Below, piece after piece: positions 25,579 through 38,500 of a DNA stretch of 64,000 nt (its first letter is position 1; each line of letters opens with the position of its first letter). A program made the position numbers and the translations under genes. The DNA is from Bugula neritina (lineage: Eukaryota > Animalia > Bryozoa): positions 30,306,573-30,370,572 of the forward strand of contig OZ037766.1 in assembly GCA_964035545.1 (NCBI GenBank). The letters are read 5' to 3'. The notes beneath the pieces were generated by a model. The model was not told where the DNA came from. It did not search any database and was given only the letters and a program-made list of their open reading frames with translations.

Positions 25579-28500
25579 ACTACTACTACCACCAAATCAA
25601 ATGAACTATTGCTGTAAATAGGCAACTTTTAATGACAAAAACTTTACCTTTTTCTTGAGATTTTTATAGTAGATATAATCTTCAGTCTTTTTCTGCAGAG
25701 TTTCTACTCCATCCACCATCCTAGGAGAGTGAACAGATGAGAATGAGAAGTTATTTGCTAATGAATATGAAATCAGACATCATTACATAAGACAGGCTGT
25801 ACATGGTAGAAGAAAGTAAGAATAAATTATCCTATATAAATGACAATCAGTAAACTATCATAGATCTATCACAGGGAGTTTTATTCATTTATTAGGCCTT
25901 CATCAAATTCAACACATTCCATTGAAAGGGAGTTGTCATACTTAGTACTATACATGTAAAGTGCTCAACAAGGATGGAGCTGCACATCAGATGTTACGCT
26001 AATGTGGTCCATACTATTGTCTAACACAAAAAATATCATCCAAGTACTTTTCATGACTAAGTTGTAACTCTGTTATAGGTTTTTGCAACTTAATGACTTT
26101 AAAACTGAGTGGCATGTACCGAAAATGTAACCCAAGTGGAATACAAAGTTGAGACTCTAAAACCTGCTATTTTAAGCAAATAAAACTGTGATCTTATAAA
26201 TTGTAAAGCATGTAATAGCGTATAGAGAATATTATAAGGCTTTAGGTGTTTTTGGCTCTCAGTAATGCAATTTGTCTGAAGAATGAAGGTATACATTAGT
26301 ATGAACTAAAACCTACACTAACACTGAAGCAAATATTATAAGGCAGGCTAATATCAGTTAAACTATAAGAAAAGTCTAAGAGTAACAGCTGATAAATGTA
26401 AAATATCATTACAACTAGTATTTGTGATAGTTGTAATAAGTATTGGAGTCGAATTCACTTTGAGAACAGAAAGTTAACAGCTGGTCAGTTCGATTTTACA
26501 CCACTACTTGCTAACAATATAAATTGGCCGAGCTGTATTTAATATTTTAATATCATCCAGTGAGTTATTTTTGCTAATTGTGAATGCAGTGTTTCAACAA
26601 AGGAGTTATCCTACCTAATCTTGCACGTTGTGTACTCCGAATGACAACCAACTGCACTACTGTAGGAGCAGATAAACCCAGAAGATTCCAGAAGAGTGTG
26701 TACGGGTTCAGATGGGTCACTATTCAGATCTCCAGCAACCTAAGACATGGTAAACAGTGGGTGAACTGTGTCAAGAAGAGCCATGCTTTGTTATCATAAA
26801 ATTTGGGGAGAGTATAATAGAATGCTTCAGCATGGAGTCAGTAGAAGTACTCTTATCACTATAAACAAAGGATAAACAACTCTAGTTTAAATATAACAAT
26901 CTGTAACATCAAATAGTTCATAGAGGTTTATTGAATTCATGTATAACTATTCAGTATCTCAGTGTCCATAGGTGATAATGATTGTAATCAATAGAGACTA
27001 AGACATAATTAGTATAACACAAACACACACGCACACGAACACACACAGAGTTAGAACACTGTTAAACGTGTTGAAAACATAAATTCACAGTATTTACTAA
27101 TAGGTCAACTAAAGCTATTGATATTCATCAAATAGAAGTTTTAGCAATCTTGTAGAATATTTCAACTAACTACTGTGAATTAGAATTGTATACTTCATCA
27201 AACAGATTGAGACATGTTACAGCTCCCTTGTAAATAAAATAAAGACATAGTAACTCGACTACGAAGTGATACGTACTATGACAGTGTCGCATTCATCAGA
27301 GTTAGTTTCTATGTATTTGAGAATTGCCCTCCCCTGCTTTTCTCTCAGCTGACTATGGGGACTCTTAGCCTTGAGGTGAACACAGACTACGAGCAGCTTA
27401 ACGCCAGCACTTAGCTTTAGGTGAGCAGCCAGTAACACCTGACCAGTTGCCTTCCCATCAGCCTCTATCACTTCCTGTTTATAACAAGCACTGATATTGC
27501 ATAGCAACTGGTGCCAGCAGAGGACTTGAAATTGTACAGCAATTACAAGATGCCAGGTTATTAAATCCACTTGAGCAGTTGAAGTTGATCGTGCAATAAA
27601 AGCAGGTACAATAAACTTCATCCCTCTCTAAGATATGAGTTGTGATGCACAAAGCTAACGCCTACTGCAAAATATTTCCTCAGTGTTACTGAGTCACACT
27701 ATCCAATAAAACATGACAGCACCTAGCAAAAGCACCAAACAATTGCGACATTCTCAAAGCGATATTGATATTTATTCCGATATATTCACAATGCGCAGAC
27801 AATATGATTGATACTATTAGCGCATCATCATGAGGAGGTAGCACTGTAAAAAATAAGGTACAACTGCAAGCCATCTTACTCAATTTATTCAAGCATACTG
27901 TTTTCAAAATCCTCTTATCTTTGACTAACCATCAATATGCTACATCAGAACTTAAAGCCGCGGCACAACATTTTATAATAATAAACATTTTCCGCAGGAA
28001 GAATTTGTGTAAATAAATTACAAGAGTAAAAGTTAGCAGAAATTGCACAAACAGCTGTGATATTTCGTGAGTACATGCAAACATGCAGTAGCCTACTGAA
28101 ATCATAACTCACAGAATGGTGTGCAAGCAGCTGGGTAGTTGAAGGTTTGTAAAATATAGCAGATCCATCTGGTCCAATATTTCCATCAGACATCAGGCAC
28201 GGTGACGTAGGCTTCGGCACCCACAATCCTTTGTAGTCTGCAACAGTTACCGTCAGACTTGAAACTTATTACCAGCAGATGTCTATTAATTCAACAAGTT
28301 TATAATAAACATGGGTTGTTCATCAAAATTGTTGATGTTAAGTCAGCTCCATTGCTGTACTACCTGACTTTGCAAGAAGCCACAATTGCCGGGCTTTTTA
28401 TTACAATGCAGTTTTATAGTAAGAAAGTATTATTAAGTGCAGATAGATTTTCTAAAATACTGAGATATGTGGACTTAAACTTCAACTCTTCAATGCTGGT

Positions 28501-29475
28501 GTGTTTAAATCAAAGGTTTTACAAACCTGAAAGCTTCTCCTTCAACTGCTCAAACATGTCTACTTCCTGCAAACAAATGACGTCTGCTGAATAACGGGTC
28601 AACTCGGTCACAATCTCACCCAATCTTCTGTCAAACTGCAACGCTTCTGGAGGACATCTAATAAATGAGTCAGAAGACAACCCTAAAAAGGCAACTTCTA
28701 TCAATTCTAGCAAAACTTGGATCAGACCCATGAGGAAAAAAGAAGCAGTTGGGAATTTGTATCATGAAGAAATGATTTCAACTGTTTAATAAAATAAGCT
28801 TACCCTGAGCCAAAACGTTGAAAGACATGACCCTGAACGTGCACTTCTGCTGACTCGCTGCATTTGGATTCTGTATAGAATACATATTTATTAAATAGAC
28901 ACAGGAGAACATTGATATTTGGTGGTGAAGGTAACTACTGAAAATATCGTGACCCACATTGATCATGTCAATACGATGACTGCAGTTACATTGTTGATGA
29001 ATTGATGTAAACGCCATTTTTAGTTTAAAATTTTCAGGGCGACTCTATGTATAATGTGAAAAGACGGTGATTGTCATGAAAAGCCAAATAACAATGCTGC
29101 AAGTGAAATTATATGAATATAATGGCAATCGAGAAATCTGTAAGTGAAAAAATATGCAATGAACCAAAAACAATATATTATATATTATCACAAACAATTA
29201 ATTAATTTTAATTACTATTAATATTAATATCAGTAGCACACTGGTGGTGATAGCGGCGGCGGCGGCAGCAGCGGCAGCAGCAGCAGTAGTAGTAGTAGTA
29301 GCAGTAGTAATATTACTAATACTACTATTGCTACTACTGCCACTGCTACTACTACTGCTACTGCTACTGCTACTGCTACTGCTACTGCTACTGCTACTGC
29401 TACTGCTACTGTGCTACTACTACTAGTGTGCTATTACTAATACTTTTAGTAATAGCACACTAGTAGTAATAGCAC

Positions 29476-29525
<50 letters not shown>

Positions 29526-29699
29526 CAGTAGCAGTAGCAGTAGCAGTAGCAGTAATAATAATCATAATCATAATGCGATGATATTGATTGTCAGTATCAA
29601 TACCAATACGCCATATGAATACTGATACGGCAATACGGATACCTCACTATTCTTTTTATCACTTGGCTTAGGAGTGAAACTGCGATGGTTAGAAATCAT
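25344..29699 (-). CDS. NOCT: Nocturnin (CCR4/EEP-family NADP(H) phosphatase), ~308 aa; exons 29699-29643, 28870-28804, 28682-28527, 28237-28113, 27474-27277, 26739-26615, 25720-25648, 25469-25344
   Basis: Eight GT-AG exons, 927 nt in frame. Motifs RVMSFNVLAQGLS, DVICLQEVD, PKPTSPC, GPDGSAIFY, VHLKAK, GDLN, YTTCKIR, DYIYY, YPSDH. The first exon is the least certain. Confidence 0.9.
25530..25592. repeat. (CTA)n/(CTG)n microsatellite in last nocturnin intron
   Basis: TACTACTACTACTGCTGCTGCT...ACTACTAC run; a degenerate counterpart lies near 17990-18040 in the pseudogene. Confidence 0.9.
29250..29575. repeat. Compound microsatellite with inverted (fold-back) arrangement in nocturnin intron 1
   Basis: (GCA)n(GTA)n, then (CTACTG)n, a 35-bp inverted repeat at 29406-29480, then (GTA)n(GTAGCA)n. 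Confidence 0.9.
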
Positions 29700-31182
29700 G
29701 GTTGTTATTTCTTAAAATGATCACCAGTAGTTCCAACGGCAACTATCAGTTACTAGTTTAGTGTAACCAATTAACTACAAATGCAACTAGCATTCGGGAG
29801 TCGACCGTAGCAACCATATTCGAAAACGGAAACTGTCGTTGTCGCATTATTGGACTCGGTATAAGGCCCCCCCCCCCCCGATGCCAAGCTTCTAGTCCTG
29901 AAGTTATTACTAACACTAACAGTAACTACCGAGTACGGTAATATTTATTTTATTTATGTTAACATTTCTCATTAGACTTAGTATAATATTAATTATTATA
30001 CTACAAGTACAAGTATATGTATTTTATTAGGTTTGCGGATAATTCAAATATTGTTTATGCTTATGCTTTTGATACTCATACTGATACTCACACCGTATTA
30101 CTAAATATTGAATTGATATACAGTTTCATTTTGACTTATGCAAGTATTGTAAATGTAATATGAAATTGAATGTTAATATGAATATGGTACATGTTGAACT
30201 TGATGTAGACATCAGTCACAGTCATACTTATAGTTGTTGATTATAAATTATTATTAAATATAATAGTTACAATAAGTATAACTTATAAGTGTACTATTAA
30301 GAAATTAAAACGTAGTTGAATTTTAGTGTTTGAAATTGATTATCAAAGTCAAAGTGAATTATTGAAAATCATAATGATAATCACTTTAGAATTATTAATT
30401 TACAAGAATGGGATAACTAAAAGCAATGCTATAACATAACAATTATAAACATATCAGTATGATAATAATGTTTACCAATGAGCATGACTGTATATCGTAT
30501 ACTGAGTAAGTATAGCATCAAATTGAACTTGAAGTAAGTAATTAAAATATTTTTTAATTTTATCAAATCGTCCTATTAGCATTACACTTATGTTATTGTT
30601 TACCCAACTCTAAAAGGGTTCAAACTTCAGGTCACTGCTCTCATAGCTAGCAGCGTAAGTGTATCTTGTACTGATGAAAATTGAGTATTTTCAGCTACTC
30701 AATAACTGCTCAGTAACTTACTAATAGGCATTAGTTCACTCTGATTCTCTATTCACTGCTTCCACTTTGACATAACTATTGGCAACGACATATGTATTTT
30801 ATAAATATATATTCCTAAATATCTCGTTTTATCAGACTTGAGGTATTTTACTGTACAAAATCAAATAAATGATATTGTCGGACTTGAATTAGTGGTATCT
30901 GGGAGTTTTCGTTTTTTAAACTCAATAACATTAACATATTTTCTTTTTAAAACAACTAATCACTGTTAGTGCCTGATACATTATACAGCACAAGATATTA
31001 GTTTACTGTTCAAAGTTTACCTCAATTCTAGTTGAAATAAAATTTTATTCCAATACATTTGGAAACATGTTTCAATTTGTCAAGTGTCTTTGGTAGATGG
31101 ATAGCTGTCTTCAACATATATTTGTTAAATTTTAATGATAAACTACTCAACTTTTATGTTTTAGAATACATTGACATCAATA

Positions 31183-33633
31183 ATGGCGGGTCTTGCTCTA
31201 TTAAAAGATTTAAACAGTAAGTACACACTTATTAGTTATAATCATTTCTTATTCACATTTAAAATATCTCGGTAGGCCTAAGTTTTCCTGAAAAAGTGAG
31301 TCTACTAAGGATAGTTTCATTTTTGCAATGCAACTGCCACTCATATAACTCACACCAGTTTATAGTCGCCATCCCCGTGAGAAACCCCTGATGGAAGGGC
31401 TTTTTGTTGAATTGGGCTAAGGACTTTTTCAGATGAGGCACAGGAGCAATTATAACTGGATGCTCTTCCTAACATCACCAATAGCCTTTGTCAGGGCTCG
31501 AACCCATAACTTCGTGCTTACTAAACAAATGTTCTAACCCCTAGACTACGGCAGCTTTCTTTTACCTGCTCTCCCTCTTACAATTACTCCAACCCTGCTA
31601 TTTGTGCAGCTCTCGGCCACTCTTATGTTGTAGTCAATTTATATCATTACTAATTCAAATTCAAAGCTGACTTCCATTGTAAATACTTTGTATTGTTTTT
31701 GCTGATATTTAAACTTTAGCCTTTTTGAATAAAAACTAGCCATTTCTCCAAACTGGTTGGAATATTGACTACAATTAACTGCAATTGGTCATGAGTCAAC
31801 AGATTTAACGTTCGAAATAACCCTTTACTTCAAATTTAGCTGCTTGCGCTGTACTAGTAACTATAGTTGAGGTGCTCTACATTTGATTCATAGATGCTAC
31901 AGATCCTGTGAATGAACGCATTATCTGGTTGGACCTAGAAATGTCTGGACTGGAAATTGAGAAGGAAAGAATTATTGAAATTGCAGTTGCTGTAACTGAT
32001 GGAAATCTGAGAGAGATTGCAAAGGTTAGAGGTGGATCTTGTAAATGTGTTCAATATCCTGCGTAAACTAATAACCAGTTATGTTGGTTGAATTGTAAGT
32101 CAGTAAAGAAATTAAACTTGCCTTGGGTACAACTTACTTTGCATTTGATTTATTTTTATTTAAATTCCAGTATTTGAGTTCCATGAATGTGTTTTTGATA
32201 TTTTTTCACTTTATCTTATGCATAGGGCATTCTGGTACTTGCCATATGATACCTACACAGGCCTAACTGTTTCCTGCCATCATTCTTTCTAGTTTAGAAA
32301 GAATATAAGTTTTGCACATTCTCTCTCTGATTCTAGATATTCATAGTTAGTATTGTTGTTCTTGTTATAGGCTGTCTCAATGCTAATGTTTCGAAATACA
32401 GAGCATTATGTTAAACGACTGTACATTAAATTTGAGAGTTTATCAGTGATGCATAGCAACATGAAATATAAAGTGCCCTTATGGTAGAGGAGGATTGTTT
32501 GCTTTTAGATAAGAAATATATGCCATTTGAGTTTGTATATTTTACCGGCAATGGTGATAAAATAAGGTGTTCTAAACATTGCAGGGACCAAACTTGATAA
32601 TTCATCAGGATGACGCCCTAATGGAGGCAATGGACCCCTGGTGCATTGAGCACCACGGGGCGTCTGGTCTAACCCAGGCCGTTAAAGATAGTAAGATCAC
32701 TGAGGCTATGGCCGAAGAGCAAGTATTAAGCTTCGTCAGAAAATATACTAATAAGGGTTAGTACTGCTCAGTTATTGTGACCACCCAATACGTGATCAGC
32801 CATTAATGAAAATTGCTGATTATTGGTCTATTCTATCATACATTTGTCATTTTTAAGAAATAACTTTGAACATATGAATAATGATTTTAAAAAAGTTGCT
32901 AATATGGATATTAAATTAACTGTAGTAGCATAGAGTATTTTTTACCAACTTTTTTTTAAATTTCATCCTTTTGAATTGACATTTTTTTAAGTGACAAACT
33001 TTGGGCTTGTTGTTTTACTGTAACTTATTGAAGCTAAAGTGAAGTTAGACATTAAACATGGTGTACCACTGTCTGCCTTGCCAACCTAGTGTATGCAGAT
33101 TAGGAACTTAGTGGAGTTGGCTGAGGAATGGAAATGAAAAACACATGTACTGTAGTGTATACCATTGTTATTGTCATATTTTAAGATGGTTTGAATGCCC
33201 AAGTTGTAATGCACTCAGCAACTTCCGGTTAATTTTTAATTTTTTAAGGAAAATTAGCTGCTAAATTTAGCTGGCTTAAGCTACTTCACATTTTGCTGCA
33301 TGTGCATTTGTAAAGGTATATATATTAATTTTGTATTTTTGTCATTTGTACAAAGAAAACAATTGAATTGTATTGGCAGGTAAATGCGCTCTAGCAGGTA
33401 ACTCTATATACATGGACAAGATGTTTCTAATGAAGTACATGCCAAGGTTTGTGGAACATCTTCACTACAGACTTATAGATGTCAGCACGTTGAAAGAGTT
33501 GGGCAAAAGATGGATGCCTAATGTCATGGCCAAGGCACCTAAAAAAAATGACAAACACAGAGCACTAGATGATATTTTAGACAGTATCGCTGAGCTTCGT
33601 TTTTATAAGGAAGCAATGCTGATTTCTCATTAG
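31183..33633 (+). CDS. REXO2: Oligoribonuclease (DEDDh 3'-5' exonuclease), ~196 aa; exons 31183-31216, 31894-32024, 32585-32756, 33380-33633
   Basis: Spliced 591 nt in frame. Exo[24 protein letters not shown], Exo[28 protein letters not shown], ExoIII HRALDDI. The first coding exon is less certain. Confidence 0.92.
31362..31555 (-). mobile_element. tRNA(Thr)-derived SINE in REXO2 intron
   Basis: Minus strand GCTGCCGTAGTCTAGGGGTTAGAAC...TTTAGTAAGC...GGGTTCGAGCCC (A and B boxes); body matches 22183-22380. Confidence 0.75.
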
Positions 33634-35564
33634 ACACAGCGTTTTCTTAGTGTTTATTGGTTCAATTGCCACAGAAAACTTCTGCCTACTAGATTTTTCA
33701 CTACCTGTTATAACCCAGCGAAAATTAACTAGGACTATATAGGATCTAATGCTTTGTTTACCAGGTTAATCTTAACTATAAATTGTACCTATAGCTTCTT
33801 TTACAAAATTAATAGAATGTTCCTCTTTGAAAAGTGCCCCAAGGGAGAAACCTTTAGCTTGGAAACTATTGAAATTAAAAGGTTTGCATGCGCAATAACC
33901 GAGTATATCAATTCTTCTAAACCTACAGCTTCTAAATAAGTTACTTTCCCTGGTTTAATTCTAGTATTTTCCTGGCTTGGAATTTGAATCAGCGGGAGAT
34001 GAAGTATTTTGTAGACTTTGCAGTTAGAATGCTCTGAAGCACCCAAATGGTTATTCGAGTAGTACAATTGAGCCACAATATTTTTTGCATTAATTTTACT
34101 TTTTTGGCAGTTTTTATCATTTTATTGTAAAAATGTTTTTATTGCTGTTGAATTTGTAACATCAAACTTGGAGGAGGGTAAAAGAATGTTAAATTTAGCA
34201 CAGCTGATCAAACTTATGTTATATGTAAATTCAAGAAAATTGACTTTTATCAGCTCAAAAGAAGAGCTGAGTGTCTCAAACTCTAGTGAGCTACAATCTA
34301 GATATTTTTACAGCTGAAATTAACTATAACAAGCCTGTAAAATGCTTCCAAATATTCCACTAAAATTGGTTCAATTTATAAATTAGCTGATATTTTGAAG
34401 ACATGAAGTGACATTGAAGTAAAATTTATTAAGCTTAGTATTAGCCAATTTCTCACTTACGGATTGTAATATTGTAGAACTGTGCTTTTACTTTGTTTCA
34501 ATTATTCTGTAATATGTTGTAACTCTTTAGAAATTATCAGGACAATAAACTTGGAAGGTATTTTGTAATGCTGAACAGATGATTTTAAGCTTGTATTTTT
34601 GTTGAAATTTCATAGATGCCATCTCTATTCTAGTGGTACAAAAACACCTAATAGTTTATCGTAGAAATAAAACATACACCATATATGAATTAAATAAAGC
34701 TATTGTTTTTTTAGTTTTACTTCTTTAAAACAATAGAATGCATACATCTACTTGCACTGACACTGACAGCTGAAATTGATCATCGATCATTTTATTTCCA
34801 ATCAAACTAGAAAGAAGGTACATAATTGTAGCAAATTCAAACAAAGCACAATCAATGCAAAATATTATAATGTAGTGAAACTTATTTTTTTAGTAAGATA
34901 ATAAAATTCATTACAAGGCACTCTAAAATAACTGGTTACTCTAATATAATATCTCGTTACCAAAAGTTGGTGATAAATATAATTCAAGCATAAACAATCT
35001 TCATTATAAAAATATGCAAAATTATGACAGCAAAAATATTTTAATTTTCAATAAAAAAAAAGGTGTGCACTAGCTGCAAAAACTATTACTACTATGATAG
35101 AAGTTTTGTGTTAAAATCTTGCTCAAAAATAATCCCAAGAACCACCACACGGTACATAAATATAAAGCATTTCTGTTTTGCTGATCAACCACAATAGTTT
35201 TGATTTGTGCTCTTTGAAAAAATTAATGTGGTGTTAAAAATAAAGCCATGAATGAAAGATGTATAACCAAATATAGCCGGTCTATTGTGAAGCGAGATGA
35301 TGCAAGTGACATATGAGAATGCTATAGACTTGCAAGGTTCTTATCTAATACTGGTATTATCTATGGAACATTCAAATAGGGATCGGAATGTTACTAGGAA
35401 TAGTATTACAAATATTACAAAGCATAGTGCGTAAGCCAAAGTTTAGCCTTCTAATGAAAATTAATGCAAATAGTTAGTATTATTCAGTGTGCAACCTGAG
35501 TTAGGCAGTTGCTGAGAGAGTCGTGTCAAAATGTAGAAGTTAGTTCTTTAAAAACATTTTGAAT

Positions 35565-38500
35565 TCAATCACTTTCAGCTGGGATGCCGTAAGGTGGAAT
35601 CTAAAATAGAATACAACTTAATTTGGCAGACTGAAAACTGGAAACTCAATTGCAAATGAAAGGTTAAAATGTAAGGGAACAGTAACGAGCAGGTGTAAAA
35701 AGAGCAACCAATTTAGCGGCGTATAAGTACAGTACATCCTGTCTAGACTCTAGCACAAAGGTCAAGTCAAAGTATTTAATAAAATAATAATGTAAGACTA
35801 TTCAAAACAAGAGTTTTAAAAACAAATACTATTCACATTAAAGGTTTCTAAATTCAAATTGTTCATCTAATATTTAGCAGGGTATAACTTTGGATTCAAC
35901 CATATGTATGTGGGTCATTAGCTTTTACTCTTTATTTTCACCAAAGATCACAAGAATATCAGCTATTTATCAACAGGTTGTATTAATAAATGTTATAAGC
36001 TTGAAACTCAATTTAATGCTGTACAATAAAATATCTTACATACAAATTAATTCAGAGAATAGAGATGCGCGATTTACCATTCTTAAGGCCTGGAATTTCA
36101 ATATTGGGACTATTTTAATTGATGAAATATACTTTTTATAACCCAAACTCTCATTGTCAACATAAATACAGACATGTTGATGTTGAGCAACATGCCAACA
36201 AAGAGGATACTTTGCACAAACCTCTGTGTGTGATGCTATGATCTCATCAAATATTTGGAATTTCTCTGTGGAATCAGTAGGCTGGTCAGAATGAGTTTCA
36301 TTTTTCCATGACTCTGTGAGCGACTCTAGATACTTATAGAGGTCGTCTTGCTGAGTAAGCAGCTTGGAATCATCCCCAGCGTCACTGAAATGTGCAGTGA
36401 AGAAGATTTACACCAGATGTGAAACATATTGCGGCTCTGCTGAACCTAGTCAGCAGATTGTTTCGAGCAATAATGATTTTTTAGACAGGAATTCTAAGAG
36501 AAAAACACTTACTAATTCAAAAAAGCAGAAAAACCTGGTCATAGAGTAAAGCTAACTGCAGTGTAAAATATTACTGGTTAAAGAAAAAATTGTATGAACA
36601 ACAAAACAGAACAGATATAAAAAGCTATGTCAGTGAGTTTCATTGCTTGTGTACTTTAAATTACATCATGTAAAGACAATATCTAGGTATGTTAGTTACT
36701 AACCTCTGAGCATTCTTGTAAGAACAATAGTACTTGTCCAAGCTTCTGTAGAGCCGCTCAAACTTGTGATTATCAAGTTCAGGATGACTCTTATCCGACC
36801 CATTCTTTAAGGAAAGCCCAAGTTGTTGCATAGCCTTAAGAATGTATTTAACAGCTTCACCAGACTTGCCACAGTCGGATAGAAACTTGGCGTAGTACCT
36901 AACAAATAATAAACCCTGTAGATGTCTGTTTGAGAGGATCGGGCAGAAACAAACTTGCTCACAACACTAACTGGCATCTGTTAGAGAAAATGACTTCCAA
37001 ACTAACATAATAGGAAAAATTATGTCTTATTTATTCTTCCATTATTCTACGCTTCTCCCATGTACCTAAGGAGCTACACTCTCCATAGTTGAATACAAAC
37101 AATACAATAAAGAAATGGTACTACTATTAAAGCGCAAAACACAATCTTTTAAAAAAATATGATAACAATAAATATCTTTTTTTACAAGTATAGTATAATA
37201 TACAGAGAATAGTATAGTATACAGGGTATAGTATAATATACAAAGAACAGTATAGTATACAGGGTATTGTAGTACAGTATACAGAGAATAGTAAAGTATA
37301 CAGGGTATTATAGTATAATATACAGAGAATGGTATAGTATACAGGGTATAGTATACAGGGTATAGTATACAGGGTATAGTATACAGAGAATAGTATAGTA
37401 TACAGGGTATAAACAATAGCATCAGTGACAACTTTTATTAATTGAAATTAAGCGTGGAGATCTTTAAAAAATATGGCAAAAACACACTAACCAGTATAAA
37501 TCGATGAAAAGAGGCCACCATTGTTATACCACACTTTTTAAGAACACACAGGAAACTAGTTTTTAGCTAACAATATTAAGTGACAAAAAATAGCCTAAAG
37601 ACAAAATCTCATCTAGCTGAAGAACCCATTATCTGTTAGGATAGGATACTCGAATACCTGTAACAATAACAGAGGGCGCTATTTTTGAACACTTGCTTCT
37701 TGGCTAGTTCTTCCACTTGTGTCAGCAACTGCTCTCCGCTGGCAAAATGCTGCTCCTGATTAGCTGGTTCTAGCTGATACAGTTTACCTGTAATAAGATA
37801 ATCAAGTCTCATCCATATATTATTCATGGCAGTCGTAGAATTGTCATTTCAGCTTGTGGATTATTAGTTTCTATGTATACTGTATGCAGTAATTTATGCC
37901 ACAACAGCTTTAGGACTAGTGGCCAACGCTAAGTTGGATGAGCATAGTCTATGAATTTTACAGCTCTGCAAGCAAGCAGCATATCCTACATGCAACATCA
38001 ACGGAAAATGTATATTGAATAAATAACTAATTTGAAAAAATAATGATGATTAAAAAATTAAAAGCAATTACAATCAAAGCAATATTGAATACTGAAAAAA
38101 GATGCCCGTTAAATATATTCTGCCATCAAATAATTTGTTATTAAAAGTCGTACCATAGCAGTTGATTTTCCATTCAGCACAAATCATCCTGTGGTAGTCA
38201 TCATATTTCAGGTCTGATCTCATCAGCCCTGCTTCATACGCATATCTTTTAACATCATCCTCACCAACATTGGACAATTCTAAAAGAAGTATTCTACTTT
38301 AATCACTGTCACCACATATTCATATACCAACTCATCATATGACATGATAAAGTTGATACTAATACAACCGGTAGATTGACTGGTCAGAATTCCGAGACAC
38401 AAAAAGTGTTGCAAACAGATGTTACCATCCAGTTGGTCTTTAATAGAGTGGAGTTTATCAGAAGAATCTTCTTGATCAATCGCCATGGCCAACCTTTCTC

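Noticed and set aside
26099-26296. ORF with YSTW resembling nocturnin YTTW
   Set aside because: The real motif (YTTCKIR) is in exon 26739-26615, which splices in phase without this segment.
29244-29426. 60-aa poly-Ala/Val/Leu ORF resembling a signal or TM peptide
   Set aside because: Translation of a microsatellite in nocturnin intron 1.
37188-37410. Possible CRISPR-like array
   Set aside because: No unique spacers, eukaryotic intron, no cas genes; a simple minisatellite.
37066-37431. 121-aa Tyr-rich ORF
   Set aside because: Translation of an intronic minisatellite; not needed for the in-frame STAND model.
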